Origin: a bacterium
GTDB taxonomy: Bacteria; Patescibacteriota; Minisyncoccia; Minisyncoccales; CG1-02-41-26
NCBI GenBank assembly: GCA_030616605.1
Contig: JAUWWY010000001.1
Span: 68,251-132,250 of the forward strand
Length of the DNA: 64,000 bases
Direction of reading: 5' to 3'
The translations under genes and the position numbers were made by a program. The notes under the pieces were generated by a model. It did not search any database. It was not told the DNA's origin and saw only the letters and a program-made list of their open reading frames with translations. Below, in pieces: positions 44,659-53,460 of this stretch (its first letter is position 1; every line of letters starts with the position of its first letter).

Positions 44659-45432
44659 ATGTATGAAACAAAAGGAATTACTGCAAAAAATTTAGCTGAG
44701 GCCTGGGAAAAGGCCTGTATTTTAATAATGAAAGAAGGTCATACTCGTTATGTTCAGGCTCCTGAATACCAAATAGAAACAAAAGACATCCCTTTAATGA
44801 TTAAAGTTTCAGAACCTTTTTCTAAACCCCGCTTAAGTGATAAAGCAAACACGACAAGAGAATTAGCTGATGATTATACAAAAAAATTTTTACACGGTTC
44901 AGGAAAAGAAAATGAAAACAGCTTTGATTATACTTATTATTCACGTCTTCGTTGTTATCCAGATTGTAAGGTAAGAGCTTTTTTGCCAAGTATAACTGAC
45001 TCCGAAGAAGAATTAGCCGAAGAAATTAAAAAGATTTCTTCTGAGGGAAAATGCGTGGTTCAAAGAATTGACCAGGTAGAAAAGGCAATTAATATTCTTA
45101 AAAAAGACCCCACACGCCGAACAGTAGTGATGCACACCTGGATTCCTTTCCGGGACTTAATGAAATTTGGTCCCAAAAGAGAAGATAGTTCCTCTCCTTG
45201 TGTTCTTTTGTTTTATCCTCAATTAGTTGATGAAAAATTACATATGTTTGTTGTTATGAAAACCAATGATTTATATAATGCCTGGCCAGAAAATGCCTTT
45301 GCTTTCACTTCTTTGCAAAAATATATGGCCGATGAACTTGGTGTAGGAACCGGAACTTATACTCATTTCTCAGTAAGTATGCATGTCTACAAGGATATGT
45401 TTGAGGAAGTAAGAAAGAAATTCAATTTATAG
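44659..45432 (+). CDS. Thymidylate synthase (ThyA)-fold enzyme, archaeal-type
   Basis: It contains RRTVVMHTWIP..D, the nucleophile context SSSPCVLLF (Cys codon 45199..45201), MKTNDLYNAWPENAFAF and THFSVSMHVY. Confidence 0.7.
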   Translation: MYETKGITAKNLAEAWEKACILIMKEGHTRYVQAPEYQIETKDIPLMIKVSEPFSKPRLSDKANTTRELADDYTKKFLHGSGKENENSFDYTYYSRLRCYPDCKVRAFLPSITDSEEELAEEIKKISSEGKCVVQRIDQVEKAINILKKDPTRRTVVMHTWIPFRDLMKFGPKREDSSSPCVLLFYPQLVDEKLHMFVVMKTNDLYNAWPENAFAFTSLQKYMADELGVGTGTYTHFSVSMHVYKDMFEEVRKKFNL

Positions 45433-45451
45433 TTCGTTATCTAAAACCATA

Positions 45452-45483
45452 AAAGAGCTCTTGCTAAAACAAGAGCTTTTTTA
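45452..45483 (+). terminator. Rho-independent terminator ending the secE-to-thyA-like gene string
   Basis: The stem agctcttg / caagagct, extended by A-T pairs, is followed by T6. Confidence 0.8.
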
Positions 45484-45501
45484 TTATAATAAGAATATAT
45501 T

Positions 45502-46170
45502 ATGAAAAAATTTAATCCAGCTAAAATTATTGACCATACCAATATAAAAGCTAATGCCTCAGCCAAGGAAATAAAGAAAACCTGTCAAGAAGCCAAAAAG
45601 TATGGTTTCCGGGGAGTTTGTGTTAATACACGATGGACAAAGCTAGTAAGTGAAGAATTAAAGAAGACAAAAATTAAAACAGTGGTTTTAATTGATCCAC
45701 CACTGGGATTAAGTTCTCATCCAAAAAGAGTTGAGTTATCTAAACAGGTTAAAAAAGACGGGGCGGACGAGTTAGATATTGTTATAAATGTCATTGATAT
45801 AAAATACGAAAGATACAATGAAGTTTTAGAGGATTTAAAGGAAATCAGTAAAATTTTACCCACTAAAGTTATTATTGGCTCTGGTTATTTAACCAATAAA
45901 GAGATTGAAAAAGCTTCAGAATTAGTTAAGAAAGCCGGAGCTTTTTGTGTTAAAACAGCAACTGAAAAAGACCCTTTAGGACATATTGAGTTGGAAGAAA
46001 AGGCCCGCCACTTAAAAATTATGAAAGAGTCGGCTCCTGGTTTAAAAATTAAAGCGGCCGGGAAAATCAGGACATTCAAGGACGTTCAAATGATGGTTAA
46101 AGCCGGTGCTGATATTATAGGTACAAGTTCAAGTCTTGAGATAATGAGAGAATACAGAAGAAGTCACTAA
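45502..46170 (+). CDS. deoC: Deoxyribose-phosphate aldolase-like class I aldolase
   Basis: Motifs are IDHTNIK, VCVN, GADELDIVINV, a Schiff-base Lys context FCVKTAT, and IKAAGKIR. Confidence 0.7.
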   Translation: MKKFNPAKIIDHTNIKANASAKEIKKTCQEAKKYGFRGVCVNTRWTKLVSEELKKTKIKTVVLIDPPLGLSSHPKRVELSKQVKKDGADELDIVINVIDIKYERYNEVLEDLKEISKILPTKVIIGSGYLTNKEIEKASELVKKAGAFCVKTATEKDPLGHIELEEKARHLKIMKESAPGLKIKAAGKIRTFKDVQMMVKAGADIIGTSSSLEIMREYRRSH

Positions 46171-46185
46171 GTCACTTAGTCACTT
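46162..46185. repeat. 8-bp tandem repeat AGTCACTW x3 spanning the deoC stop codon
   Basis: The sequence is agtcacta agtcactt agtcactt. It belongs to the same core family as 2077 and 23421. Confidence 0.9.
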
Positions 46186-46190
46186 AAGTT

Positions 46191-47672
46191 ATGGACTACA
46201 AAACTACAATCGGCTTGGAAATTCATATTGAATTAAAAACGAATTCTAAGATGTTTTGTTCCTGTAAAAACGACTCAGACGAGAAAATTCCTAATCTTAA
46301 CATCTGTCCTATTTGTTTAGCTCATCCTGGAACCCTTCCGAATATTAATAAAGAGGCAATAAAAAAAGTAATAAAAACAGCTTTAGCTTTAAATTGTCAG
46401 ATTGAAAAAAACCCTTATTTTGAGAGAAAAAATTATTTTTATCCTGATTTGCCAAAAGGATATCAGATATCTCAGTATGCTCTGCCATTGAGTAAGAACG
46501 GTTATTTGGAAACCCCGATTCAAAAAGGATTTAAAAAGATTAAAATAGAAAGAATTCATCTTGAAGAAGATACAGGCAAATTAATTCATCCCCAGGGAAA
46601 AGATTATTCTCTGATAGATTTTAATCGAGCAGGAATTCCTTTAATGGAATTGGTAACCGAACCGGACATTGAATCAGCCAAGGAAGCCCGGGAGTTTGCT
46701 CGTCAGCTACAATTGATTTTAAGATATCTCGGGGTTTCTGAAGCCAATATGGAAAAAGGAGAGATGAGATGCGAAGTAAACATTTCATTAAGCCGGGAAA
46801 GAAAATTGGGGACAAAGGTTGAAATCAAGAATTTAAATTCTCTAAGAGCAGTGGAACAAGGAATTAAGTATGAAATTGAGCGGCAAAAAGGAATTTTAAA
46901 AAAAGGAGAGAAGATAATTCAAGAGACGATGGGTTGGGATGAAAGCCAGGAAAAGACTTTTTCCCAGAGAGAAAAAGAAGAATCTCATGATTATCGTTAT
47001 TTTCCAGAGCCCGATCTTCCTCCTCTGGAAATTAATAAAGAATTTTTAGAGGAGATTAAGATAGAAATTCCAGAACTTCCCCAAGCAAGAAAAGAGAGAT
47101 TTAAAAAAGAATATTATCTTTCGGAAAAAGAAATAAACCTTTATGTTTCTCAGAAAGATTTAGGCCAGTATTTTGAAAAAGTTATTTCAGAATTGAGAAA
47201 CTGGGTCAAAGAGAAAAAATTTAAAGAAAAGATAGGAACAAAAGAGTTTAAAAAATTGATTAAATTAGCCTCAAATTACATTTCAACAGACCTTCAAAGC
47301 CTTTTAAAAGGAAAATCTGTTGGGGATAAGAGCTTTTTAATAACCTCGGAAAACTTTGCTGAATTTATTACTCTGATTTATATTGGCGAGATTTCCAGCA
47401 AGATTGCCAAGACCCTTTTAAGGGCAATGTTTGAAACAGGAGGAGACCCTTCTCAGATTATTGAAGATAAAGGATTAAAATTAATAACTGATGAAAAACA
47501 AATTAAAAAAGTAGTTAAAGAAATAATTAAAAAAAACCAGAAAGCAGTTGATGATTACAAAAAAGGCAGAGAATCAGCTATTCAGTTTTTAGTAGGCCAG
47601 GTCATGGCTAAAACAAAAGGCACGGCTGGTCCGGAAAAAGTAATTGAGATATTAAAAAAACTTTTAAAGTGA
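46191..47672 (+). CDS. gatB: Asp/Glu-tRNA amidotransferase subunit B
   Basis: Motifs are IGLEIHIELKT.SKMFC.C and DFNRAGIPLMELVTEPD, with a YqeY-like tail. Confidence 0.95.
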   Translation: MDYKTTIGLEIHIELKTNSKMFCSCKNDSDEKIPNLNICPICLAHPGTLPNINKEAIKKVIKTALALNCQIEKNPYFERKNYFYPDLPKGYQISQYALPLSKNGYLETPIQKGFKKIKIERIHLEEDTGKLIHPQGKDYSLIDFNRAGIPLMELVTEPDIESAKEAREFARQLQLILRYLGVSEANMEKGEMRCEVNISLSRERKLGTKVEIKNLNSLRAVEQGIKYEIERQKGILKKGEKIIQETMGWDESQEKTFSQREKEESHDYRYFPEPDLPPLEINKEFLEEIKIEIPELPQARKERFKKEYYLSEKEINLYVSQKDLGQYFEKVISELRNWVKEKKFKEKIGTKEFKKLIKLASNYISTDLQSLLKGKSVGDKSFLITSENFAEFITLIYIGEISSKIAKTLLRAMFETGGDPSQIIEDKGLKLITDEKQIKKVVKEIIKKNQKAVDDYKKGRESAIQFLVGQVMAKTKGTAGPEKVIEILKKLLK

Positions 47673-48751
47673 AAAATTTAGCTTCTACTCAGAAATTATA
47701 TGAAAAAATAGCTGGGGGAGAGATAAAGGGTTTTACTGTCCCAGCTTTTAATATTCGAACTTTAACTTTTGATGTTGCTCGAGCTCTTTTTCGGGCAGCC
47801 AGAAAGGAAAGCGCTGGCGCTTTCATAATTGAATTAGCAAGGTCAGAGATAGATTATACAGGGCAGACAGTTGAAGAATACAGAAATTCAATTTTAAAAG
47901 CAGCTGAAAAAGAAAAATTTAAGGGAGCTATTTTTTTACAGGGCGATCATTTTAAGATAAACGATTTAGAGAATTTAATTAAAAGGGCAATTGAAAATGG
48001 TTTTTATAACATTGATATTGATTGTTCTTCTTTGCCACTCAAAGATAATTATGTAGAAACAGCAAAGTTTACTGCTTTTATTAGAAGTATAGAACCGAAA
48101 ACCGTTTCTATTTCTATTGGCGGGGAAGTAGGGGAAATAGGTGGTAAAAATACAACAGTTGAAGAATTTAAAGAGTTTATAAAGGGGTATAAAAATGAGC
48201 TTTCAAACTACGCTAATTTAAAAGGATTAATTAAAATTGCCATCCAAACTGGAACTTCTCATGGCGGTATTATGCTTCCGACAGGAGAAATGAAAATACC
48301 AGAAGAGGATTTTGAAACCCTTGCTGAAATTTCCCAGGAAGCTAAGAAATATGGCCTGGCTGGAGCTGTTCAGCACGGAGCTTCTACTTTACCAGGAGAA
48401 TACTTTGAAAGATTTCCAGAAACCAAAGCTTGTGAGATTCACTTAGCCACTATTTTTCAGAATATTATCTATGAAAGCGATTATTTTCCTCAAGATTTAA
48501 AAGAAAAAATTTATAAATGGTTAAGGAAAAAGTATTTTCAAGAAAAAAAAGAAACCGAAAATGAAATTCAGTTTCTTTATAGGACTAGAAAATATGCTTT
48601 AGGCCCTTTTAAAAAAGAAATTTGTAATATTCCTCAAAAAAATATTGACAGAATTTCCGAAGAATTAGAAGAGAAATTTATCTTTTTCTTTCAAAAATTA
48701 AATGTTTCTAATACCTCAGATTTAATCAAGGGTTTGACAAATATTAAATAA
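47669..48751 (+). CDS. fba: Class II fructose-bisphosphate aldolase family protein
   Basis: Motifs are VPAFNI, LQGDH, GGEVGEIGG, IQTGTSHGG and VQHGAST. The GTG start overlaps the gatB stop (GTGA). Confidence 0.8.
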   Translation: MKNLASTQKLYEKIAGGEIKGFTVPAFNIRTLTFDVARALFRAARKESAGAFIIELARSEIDYTGQTVEEYRNSILKAAEKEKFKGAIFLQGDHFKINDLENLIKRAIENGFYNIDIDCSSLPLKDNYVETAKFTAFIRSIEPKTVSISIGGEVGEIGGKNTTVEEFKEFIKGYKNELSNYANLKGLIKIAIQTGTSHGGIMLPTGEMKIPEEDFETLAEISQEAKKYGLAGAVQHGASTLPGEYFERFPETKACEIHLATIFQNIIYESDYFPQDLKEKIYKWLRKKYFQEKKETENEIQFLYRTRKYALGPFKKEICNIPQKNIDRISEELEEKFIFFFQKLNVSNTSDLIKGLTNIK

Positions 48752-48802
48752 ACTGCTATAGTTTAAAACAATTGAACATTAACAAAAAGAAAGGATTAGA
48801 AA

Positions 48803-49165
48803 ATGAGAAACGTTTATTCTTTTAAGGGAGAAATCCTGACTATTCCGGCTAAAATGAGAAGAAAGATAGATAGGGAGGTGGTAATTATTGGATTCCGTAG
48901 GGAGTGCATTTTTATATATCCTCAAAATAAATGGGCAAGGTTAAAAGAAAAATTAGAAGAAGAATTGTCTTCATTTAAGAAAGGAGTTGAACTTCGACAA
49001 TTCAAAAGAGCCATGTTTTCACAAGTCTGGAAGGTAAGTCTTAACCGACAGGGAAGAATTTCAATTCCTTCCCAGTTGAGAAAACATAATTGCCTGAGAG
49101 GCTCAAAAATAATCATAACTTATAATTGGCAAAGGGATAGGATTGAAATAAGAAATACTAAATAG
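48803..49165 (+). CDS. mraZ: MraZ-like SpoVT/AbrB-type regulator (short)
   Basis: It has KGE.LTIPAKMRRKI, CIFIYPQNKW..L and a second LNRQGRISIPSQLRKH..L motif. No rsmH follows it. Confidence 0.6.
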   Translation: MRNVYSFKGEILTIPAKMRRKIDREVVIIGFRRECIFIYPQNKWARLKEKLEEELSSFKKGVELRQFKRAMFSQVWKVSLNRQGRISIPSQLRKHNCLRGSKIIITYNWQRDRIEIRNTK

Positions 49166-49208
49166 GGATAGTTTCATTAAAACAAAAGTTGGAACTATCC
49201 CTTTTTTT
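49165..49208. terminator. Hairpin/terminator between convergent mraZ-like and miaA
   Basis: The stem gggatagtt / aactatccc has a 19-nt loop and is followed by T7. Confidence 0.55.
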
Positions 49209-50091
49209 ACCTCAAAAAATTTTTAATTAATTTTTCAGCTTCCTTATAATTTTTTATCCAGTTGATTTTTTTATCTTTTTTAAACCAGGTCATCTGGCGC
49301 TTAGAGAACTTTTCAATGTCTTTTTGAAGATTTTTTATCATTTTTTCCCGGCTTATCTTATTCTGAAGATATCTGGCAATCCAACGATATTCTAATCCAA
49401 ATTCTTCAAGGCGTTTCCAATTAACTCCCTCCTGAAGGAGTTTTTTTACTTCCTCAATCATTCCCTGTTCAAATCTTTTTTTTAATCTCATTTTGATTAA
49501 ATGATTTAATTCTTTTTTTGATTTTTTAATCCCAATCAATAAGCAATTAAATTTTGGATTTTTTTCTAATGGAGGAACCTTTCCTAATTTTTTGGCAATT
49601 TCAATTGCTCTAACCAATCTTCTTTTGTTTTCTTTTTCAATTGTTTTAGCTCGTTCCTTATCAAGTTTTTTTAACATTTCAAAAAGCTCTTTGGCTGTTT
49701 TCTTTTCTAGCTTTTCTCTAAGTTTCATATCCGGTTTTAGTTTTGGGAAAAGCCAGTTTTCAATTATTGAATAAAGATAAAAAGGAGAGCCGCCAACCAG
49801 AAAAGGAACTTTTCCTTTTTTAAAAATTTTTTCAATAGTTCCTAAAGCTAATTTTTGATACTGAACCACTGAAAAGCGTTTTTTTGGGGAAACAATGTCT
49901 AAAAGATAATGGGGGATATTTTCCATTTCTTTTTTGGTTATTTTTCCGGTACCAAGGTCCATACCTTTATAAACTTGTCTCGAGTCAGCAGAAACAATCT
50001 CACTATTAAATTTCTTAGCCAGTTTTATTGAGAGTTCGGTTTTTCCCGAGGCAGTTAGTCCCAAAATAACAATTAGTTTTTTTCTTGACAT
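49207..50091 (-). CDS. miaA: tRNA dimethylallyltransferase
   Basis: It has a P-loop GLTASGKT and the motifs SADSRQVYKGMDLGTGK and PHYLLD. Confidence 0.9.
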   Translation of the reverse strand: MSRKKLIVILGLTASGKTELSIKLAKKFNSEIVSADSRQVYKGMDLGTGKITKKEMENIPHYLLDIVSPKKRFSVVQYQKLALGTIEKIFKKGKVPFLVGGSPFYLYSIIENWLFPKLKPDMKLREKLEKKTAKELFEMLKKLDKERAKTIEKENKRRLVRAIEIAKKLGKVPPLEKNPKFNCLLIGIKKSKKELNHLIKMRLKKRFEQGMIEEVKKLLQEGVNWKRLEEFGLEYRWIARYLQNKISREKMIKNLQKDIEKFSKRQMTWFKKDKKINWIKNYKEAEKLIKNFLR

Positions 50092-50155
50092 AAAAGAATA
50101 AAAAAGTTAAAGTCAAACATATTTAAAAATTTAATAGGATAGAAAGGAAAGAAAA

Positions 50156-50635
50156 ATGAAAGTTCTCTGGGGATTTATAAACTGGTTTCTTGTTTTAACC
50201 TGGACTGATATGGCAACGATTTCTTGGTACCGGGCAGGGGAAAAAGAATTATACACTCTCTTAGTTATGATGATAGCTTCAACCTTATCAATATCAATAA
50301 GTTATGGAGTTTTTACAGGAATAATTTGGCTGATAAGGGGTTTTTTAAAGAAGTTAAAGGTTGAAAAGAATGAATTAAGAGAAGATTTTCCCTTGAAAAA
50401 TCATAAGGTGTCTGAAAAATGGGTAGAAAGGTTAATTAATAAGTTGAACCGCCATAGATACCTTGTTTTGTTTGCTCTTAATCTTGTTCCCTATATGCCC
50501 TATCTAACCGCAGCTACGGTCATTACTGCCAAGCTAATGAAAATTCCCTATGGGTTACCTGTTATCCTTGCCGGAAATGCGCTAAAGGTATATTTTCTAA
50601 CAACCATAATCTATATGATAGGAAATGGTCTCTAA
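50156..50635 (+). CDS. Hypothetical membrane protein (159 aa, about 4 TM)
   Basis: The ORF has hydrophobic segments and its own terminator. No family was recognised. Confidence 0.5.
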   Translation: MKVLWGFINWFLVLTWTDMATISWYRAGEKELYTLLVMMIASTLSISISYGVFTGIIWLIRGFLKKLKVEKNELREDFPLKNHKVSEKWVERLINKLNRHRYLVLFALNLVPYMPYLTAATVITAKLMKIPYGLPVILAGNALKVYFLTTIIYMIGNGL

Positions 50636-50670
50636 GTGCCTATATTAAATTTGATATAGGCACTTTTTTT
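50636..50670 (+). terminator. Rho-independent terminator (10-bp stem) overlapping the 3' codons of convergent miaB
   Basis: The stem gtgcctatat / atataggcac has an 8-nt loop and is followed by T7. Confidence 0.7.
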
Positions 50671-51875
50671 AATGATTGTCCCTGAAGTCCCCAGGAAAGG
50701 GCATTAATTACTTTTATTTTAACAAATTTTCCAATTATATCTTTTGGGCTCTTGAATTTTACTGTTTTGTAATGGAAAGATTTAGCAATTATAAAATCAT
50801 CATTCCATTTTAAAGGAAGAACTTCAACAATTACTCCAATAAAAGTTTTATTTTTATCTAAAGCGGTTTGTTTCAGAATTTCAGTTAAAATTCTTTCTCT
50901 TTCTTTTTTTTCTGGTTTTGGAACATTATCTTCCATTTTAGCCGCTGCTGTACCTGGTCTGACTGAATATTGGGAAATATAAGCCATGTCATATTTGATT
51001 TCTTTTAATAAATTAACAGTATTTTTAAACTGGGTTTTTGTTTCTCCTGGAAAACCAACTATAACATCGGTAGATAAAGTAATATCCGGGATTTTCTTAC
51101 GAATTTTTTTAACCAACTCTCTATATTCCTCAATTTTATAATTTCTGTTCATCTTTTTTAAAATCTCATTATCTCCGGACTGAACCGGTAAATTCAAATA
51201 AGGACTTATTTTTTCGCACTCAGTCATTATCTCAATTAACTCATTGGAAAAATCTCTTGGCTGTGGAGAAGTAAATCTAATCCAGAAATTTCCTGGAATA
51301 TTATTTAGCATCTTTAAAAGTTTTGGGAAATTAATATTTTTGTTTCTATAACTGTTGACATTTTGTCCTAATAGCCATATTTCTTTATAACCCTTATCAA
51401 TAAGATTTTTAGCTTCAATTAGAATATCTTCAGCTGCTCGGCAAACTTCTGAACCTCGAGTATAAGGGATAACACAGTAACTGCAAAAATAATTACAACC
51501 AGTAGAAATAGGAATATAAGCCAGCGGAAAACAAGAATATCTTGGCTCAATTTCCAAGTTGGCTTTTGACAAATCTTTGATGTCTAAAATATAATCAAAA
51601 TGTTGAGCCAATTTTTTTCTGTCTTTTTTAAGAATACAGCCTGTTAAGATAGTTTGTAATTTGTAGTTGGTAGTTTTTAGTTTGTTGAATTTAGGGATAA
51701 GTCCATAAATCCTATCAACTGCTGATTGGCGAACAGAACACATATTAACTATAATTAAACCAGCTCTATCTATTTTTAGAGCTTTTTTATAACCGACTTT
51801 TTCAAAAACAGTAGCAATTCTCTCACTATCTGAGCAATTCATTTGACACCCATAAGTAATAATATGATATTTCAT
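50640..51875 (-). CDS. miaB: tRNA methylthiotransferase (MiaB/RimO family, radical SAM)
   Basis: It has the UPF0004 N-terminus YGCQMN..DSE, the radical-SAM motif CNYFCSYC, and a TRAM-like C-terminus. Confidence 0.9.
   Translation of the reverse strand: MKYHIITYGCQMNCSDSERIATVFEKVGYKKALKIDRAGLIIVNMCSVRQSAVDRIYGLIPKFNKLKTTNYKLQTILTGCILKKDRKKLAQHFDYILDIKDLSKANLEIEPRYSCFPLAYIPISTGCNYFCSYCVIPYTRGSEVCRAAEDILIEAKNLIDKGYKEIWLLGQNVNSYRNKNINFPKLLKMLNNIPGNFWIRFTSPQPRDFSNELIEIMTECEKISPYLNLPVQSGDNEILKKMNRNYKIEEYRELVKKIRKKIPDITLSTDVIVGFPGETKTQFKNTVNLLKEIKYDMAYISQYSVRPGTAAAKMEDNVPKPEKKERERILTEILKQTALDKNKTFIGVIVEVLPLKWNDDFIIAKSFHYKTVKFKSPKDIIGKFVKIKVINALSWGLQGQSLKKVPISNLI
51651..51685. repeat. Degenerate 7-bp tandem repeat (AGTTKKT x5) inside miaB
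   Basis: The plus-strand sequence is agtttgt aatttgt agttggt agttttt agtttgt. It encodes KLKTTNYKLQT on the minus strand. Confidence 0.7.
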
Positions 51876-51914
51876 ATCACTAATCTTAACAAATTCTTTT
51901 ATTTACTTCAATTC

Positions 51915-51937
51915 AAAAACCCCACCGAAGGGCAGGG
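51915..51937 (-). terminator. Strand-specific terminator for the Kazal/DUF5667 gene
   Basis: On the minus-strand RNA, ccctgcc cttc ggtgggg forms 7 bp including two G-U pairs, followed by U5. The plus-strand equivalent would have C-A mismatches. Confidence 0.6.
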
Positions 51938-51966
51938 TTTTTGGACTCAGATGGAGAACTGATTTA

Positions 51967-53442
51967 TTATTCTTTTTCGCAGTCTTTAGGACAATAAAGC
52001 AGTCCACAGTCATTGGTACAGCTTACCTTAGACGGACCAGCGCCTTCACTAATTATTTCTTCAGAACATACACTGGGAGTACAGAATTCAAATGACTCAC
52101 AAATACCATCGCCACAGGCAGCACAATGAGTTTCTTGTTTATTATTTCTAGTATAGACAGCACATTTCCTTTCTAAAGTTTTACAGGCTCCCTGGTGGGC
52201 AATTTCAACTCCACTTGCTTCAATCCAGCATTTATTACTGTAGGTTTTTCCATCATTTCCGCAAACCGGGTCCCAGAGAACAATACATGTTACAGCCCCC
52301 TTTTCTTTTATTTGTTTTTCTCCAGGTATTATACATTTTGGAGGCATAAGACAACCCTTGGCATCTCTTTTTATTACAATTCTTCCTTGTTTACAAAAAC
52401 CAGGAGCTGGAGGCATAAATTGCGGACATTCTTCTCTTTTTATTTGAATTGGAATCTTCTCCATGATTTCTTCTCTTAGTTCCTTTAATTCTTCCTTAAT
52501 TCCTACCTCTTCTTTCAACTCTGATTTAATATCTTCAAGAATTTCCATTTTAGTTTCTGCTTTCACTCCAATTTTTTCAATATAATCTTTAAATTTTTCC
52601 TGGGTTTCAACTGGCATCTCTTCTAATTCCTCTTTTAGTTTTATCAGGGTATTTTCTCTAGCTTCTCTAATTGCTTCTTTTGCTTGCTCTGGCACTTTTT
52701 CTTCCAAATTCTTTAAGATTTCCAGGTTTTTGAAACCTTTAAATTCACTACCCTTAACTTTTTCCAAATTGTTTTCCAATCTTTGAGCAATTTCTGTTTT
52801 TTCTTCTAATTTTTGCATTACCTCACCAAATCTTTGGAGATGGTTTTCTCTGGCTTCTTCTATTTTTTCAAAAGCTTGTTCCGGAACCTGTTCTTCCAGT
52901 TTCTCAAGAATTTTCTGATGTAAAACCTGATGTTTTATAAATTTATCTAAAAATTTTCCAACCTCTATATTTTGACTAGCTTTTTCTTCAATTTTTTCAG
53001 CTATTTCTTTAACTTTATTAATTTCATTTTCGTAATTTTCAACAGCTTTTTCAATAACTTCGGGAATGTCTGTTTTTTCAACCAATTTTCTTGCTTCCAG
53101 AAGTTTTTCTGATGCGTATCTTGCTCTAAGATTTACTTTCTTTACTTGATTGAAAGTAAAAAAGCTCCTTATTCCTCTTTGCCAATTTTTTAGAAAATAA
53201 AAAGGGCTATCAGGCAGTAATTTTGGTTCCGAAGCTTCAAGATCAGAAGCTGTAACATCTTCATCAAGGGCTACTTCTTCGTCTGCTGTTATTTCGTCTA
53301 GACTAATAATGATATCCTTGGCGGAATCATCAGCTTCTCCCTGGATTGATTCATCAAGGTCTATTTCTTGGGCTAAAGCAATTAAAGCGAAGCCAAAAAC
53401 CAAGACGAGACTTAAAATAAAGATTTTTGTTAGTTTGAACAT
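51967..53442 (-). CDS. Secreted DUF5667-like coiled-coil protein with C-terminal Cys-rich region containing a Kazal-like motif
   Basis: It has a signal peptide (..ALIALAQE), the DUF5667-like LPDSPFYFLKNW motif, and long E/K-rich helices. The Kazal-like segment is CIVLWDPVCGNDGKTYSNKCWIEASGVEIAHQGAC (52183..52287). Confidence 0.7.
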   Translation of the reverse strand: MFKLTKIFILSLVLVFGFALIALAQEIDLDESIQGEADDSAKDIIISLDEITADEEVALDEDVTASDLEASEPKLLPDSPFYFLKNWQRGIRSFFTFNQVKKVNLRARYASEKLLEARKLVEKTDIPEVIEKAVENYENEINKVKEIAEKIEEKASQNIEVGKFLDKFIKHQVLHQKILEKLEEQVPEQAFEKIEEARENHLQRFGEVMQKLEEKTEIAQRLENNLEKVKGSEFKGFKNLEILKNLEEKVPEQAKEAIREARENTLIKLKEELEEMPVETQEKFKDYIEKIGVKAETKMEILEDIKSELKEEVGIKEELKELREEIMEKIPIQIKREECPQFMPPAPGFCKQGRIVIKRDAKGCLMPPKCIIPGEKQIKEKGAVTCIVLWDPVCGNDGKTYSNKCWIEASGVEIAHQGACKTLERKCAVYTRNNKQETHCAACGDGICESFEFCTPSVCSEEIISEGAGPSKVSCTNDCGLLYCPKDCEKE

Positions 53443-53460
53443 ATTTTTGACATTTAAGCT

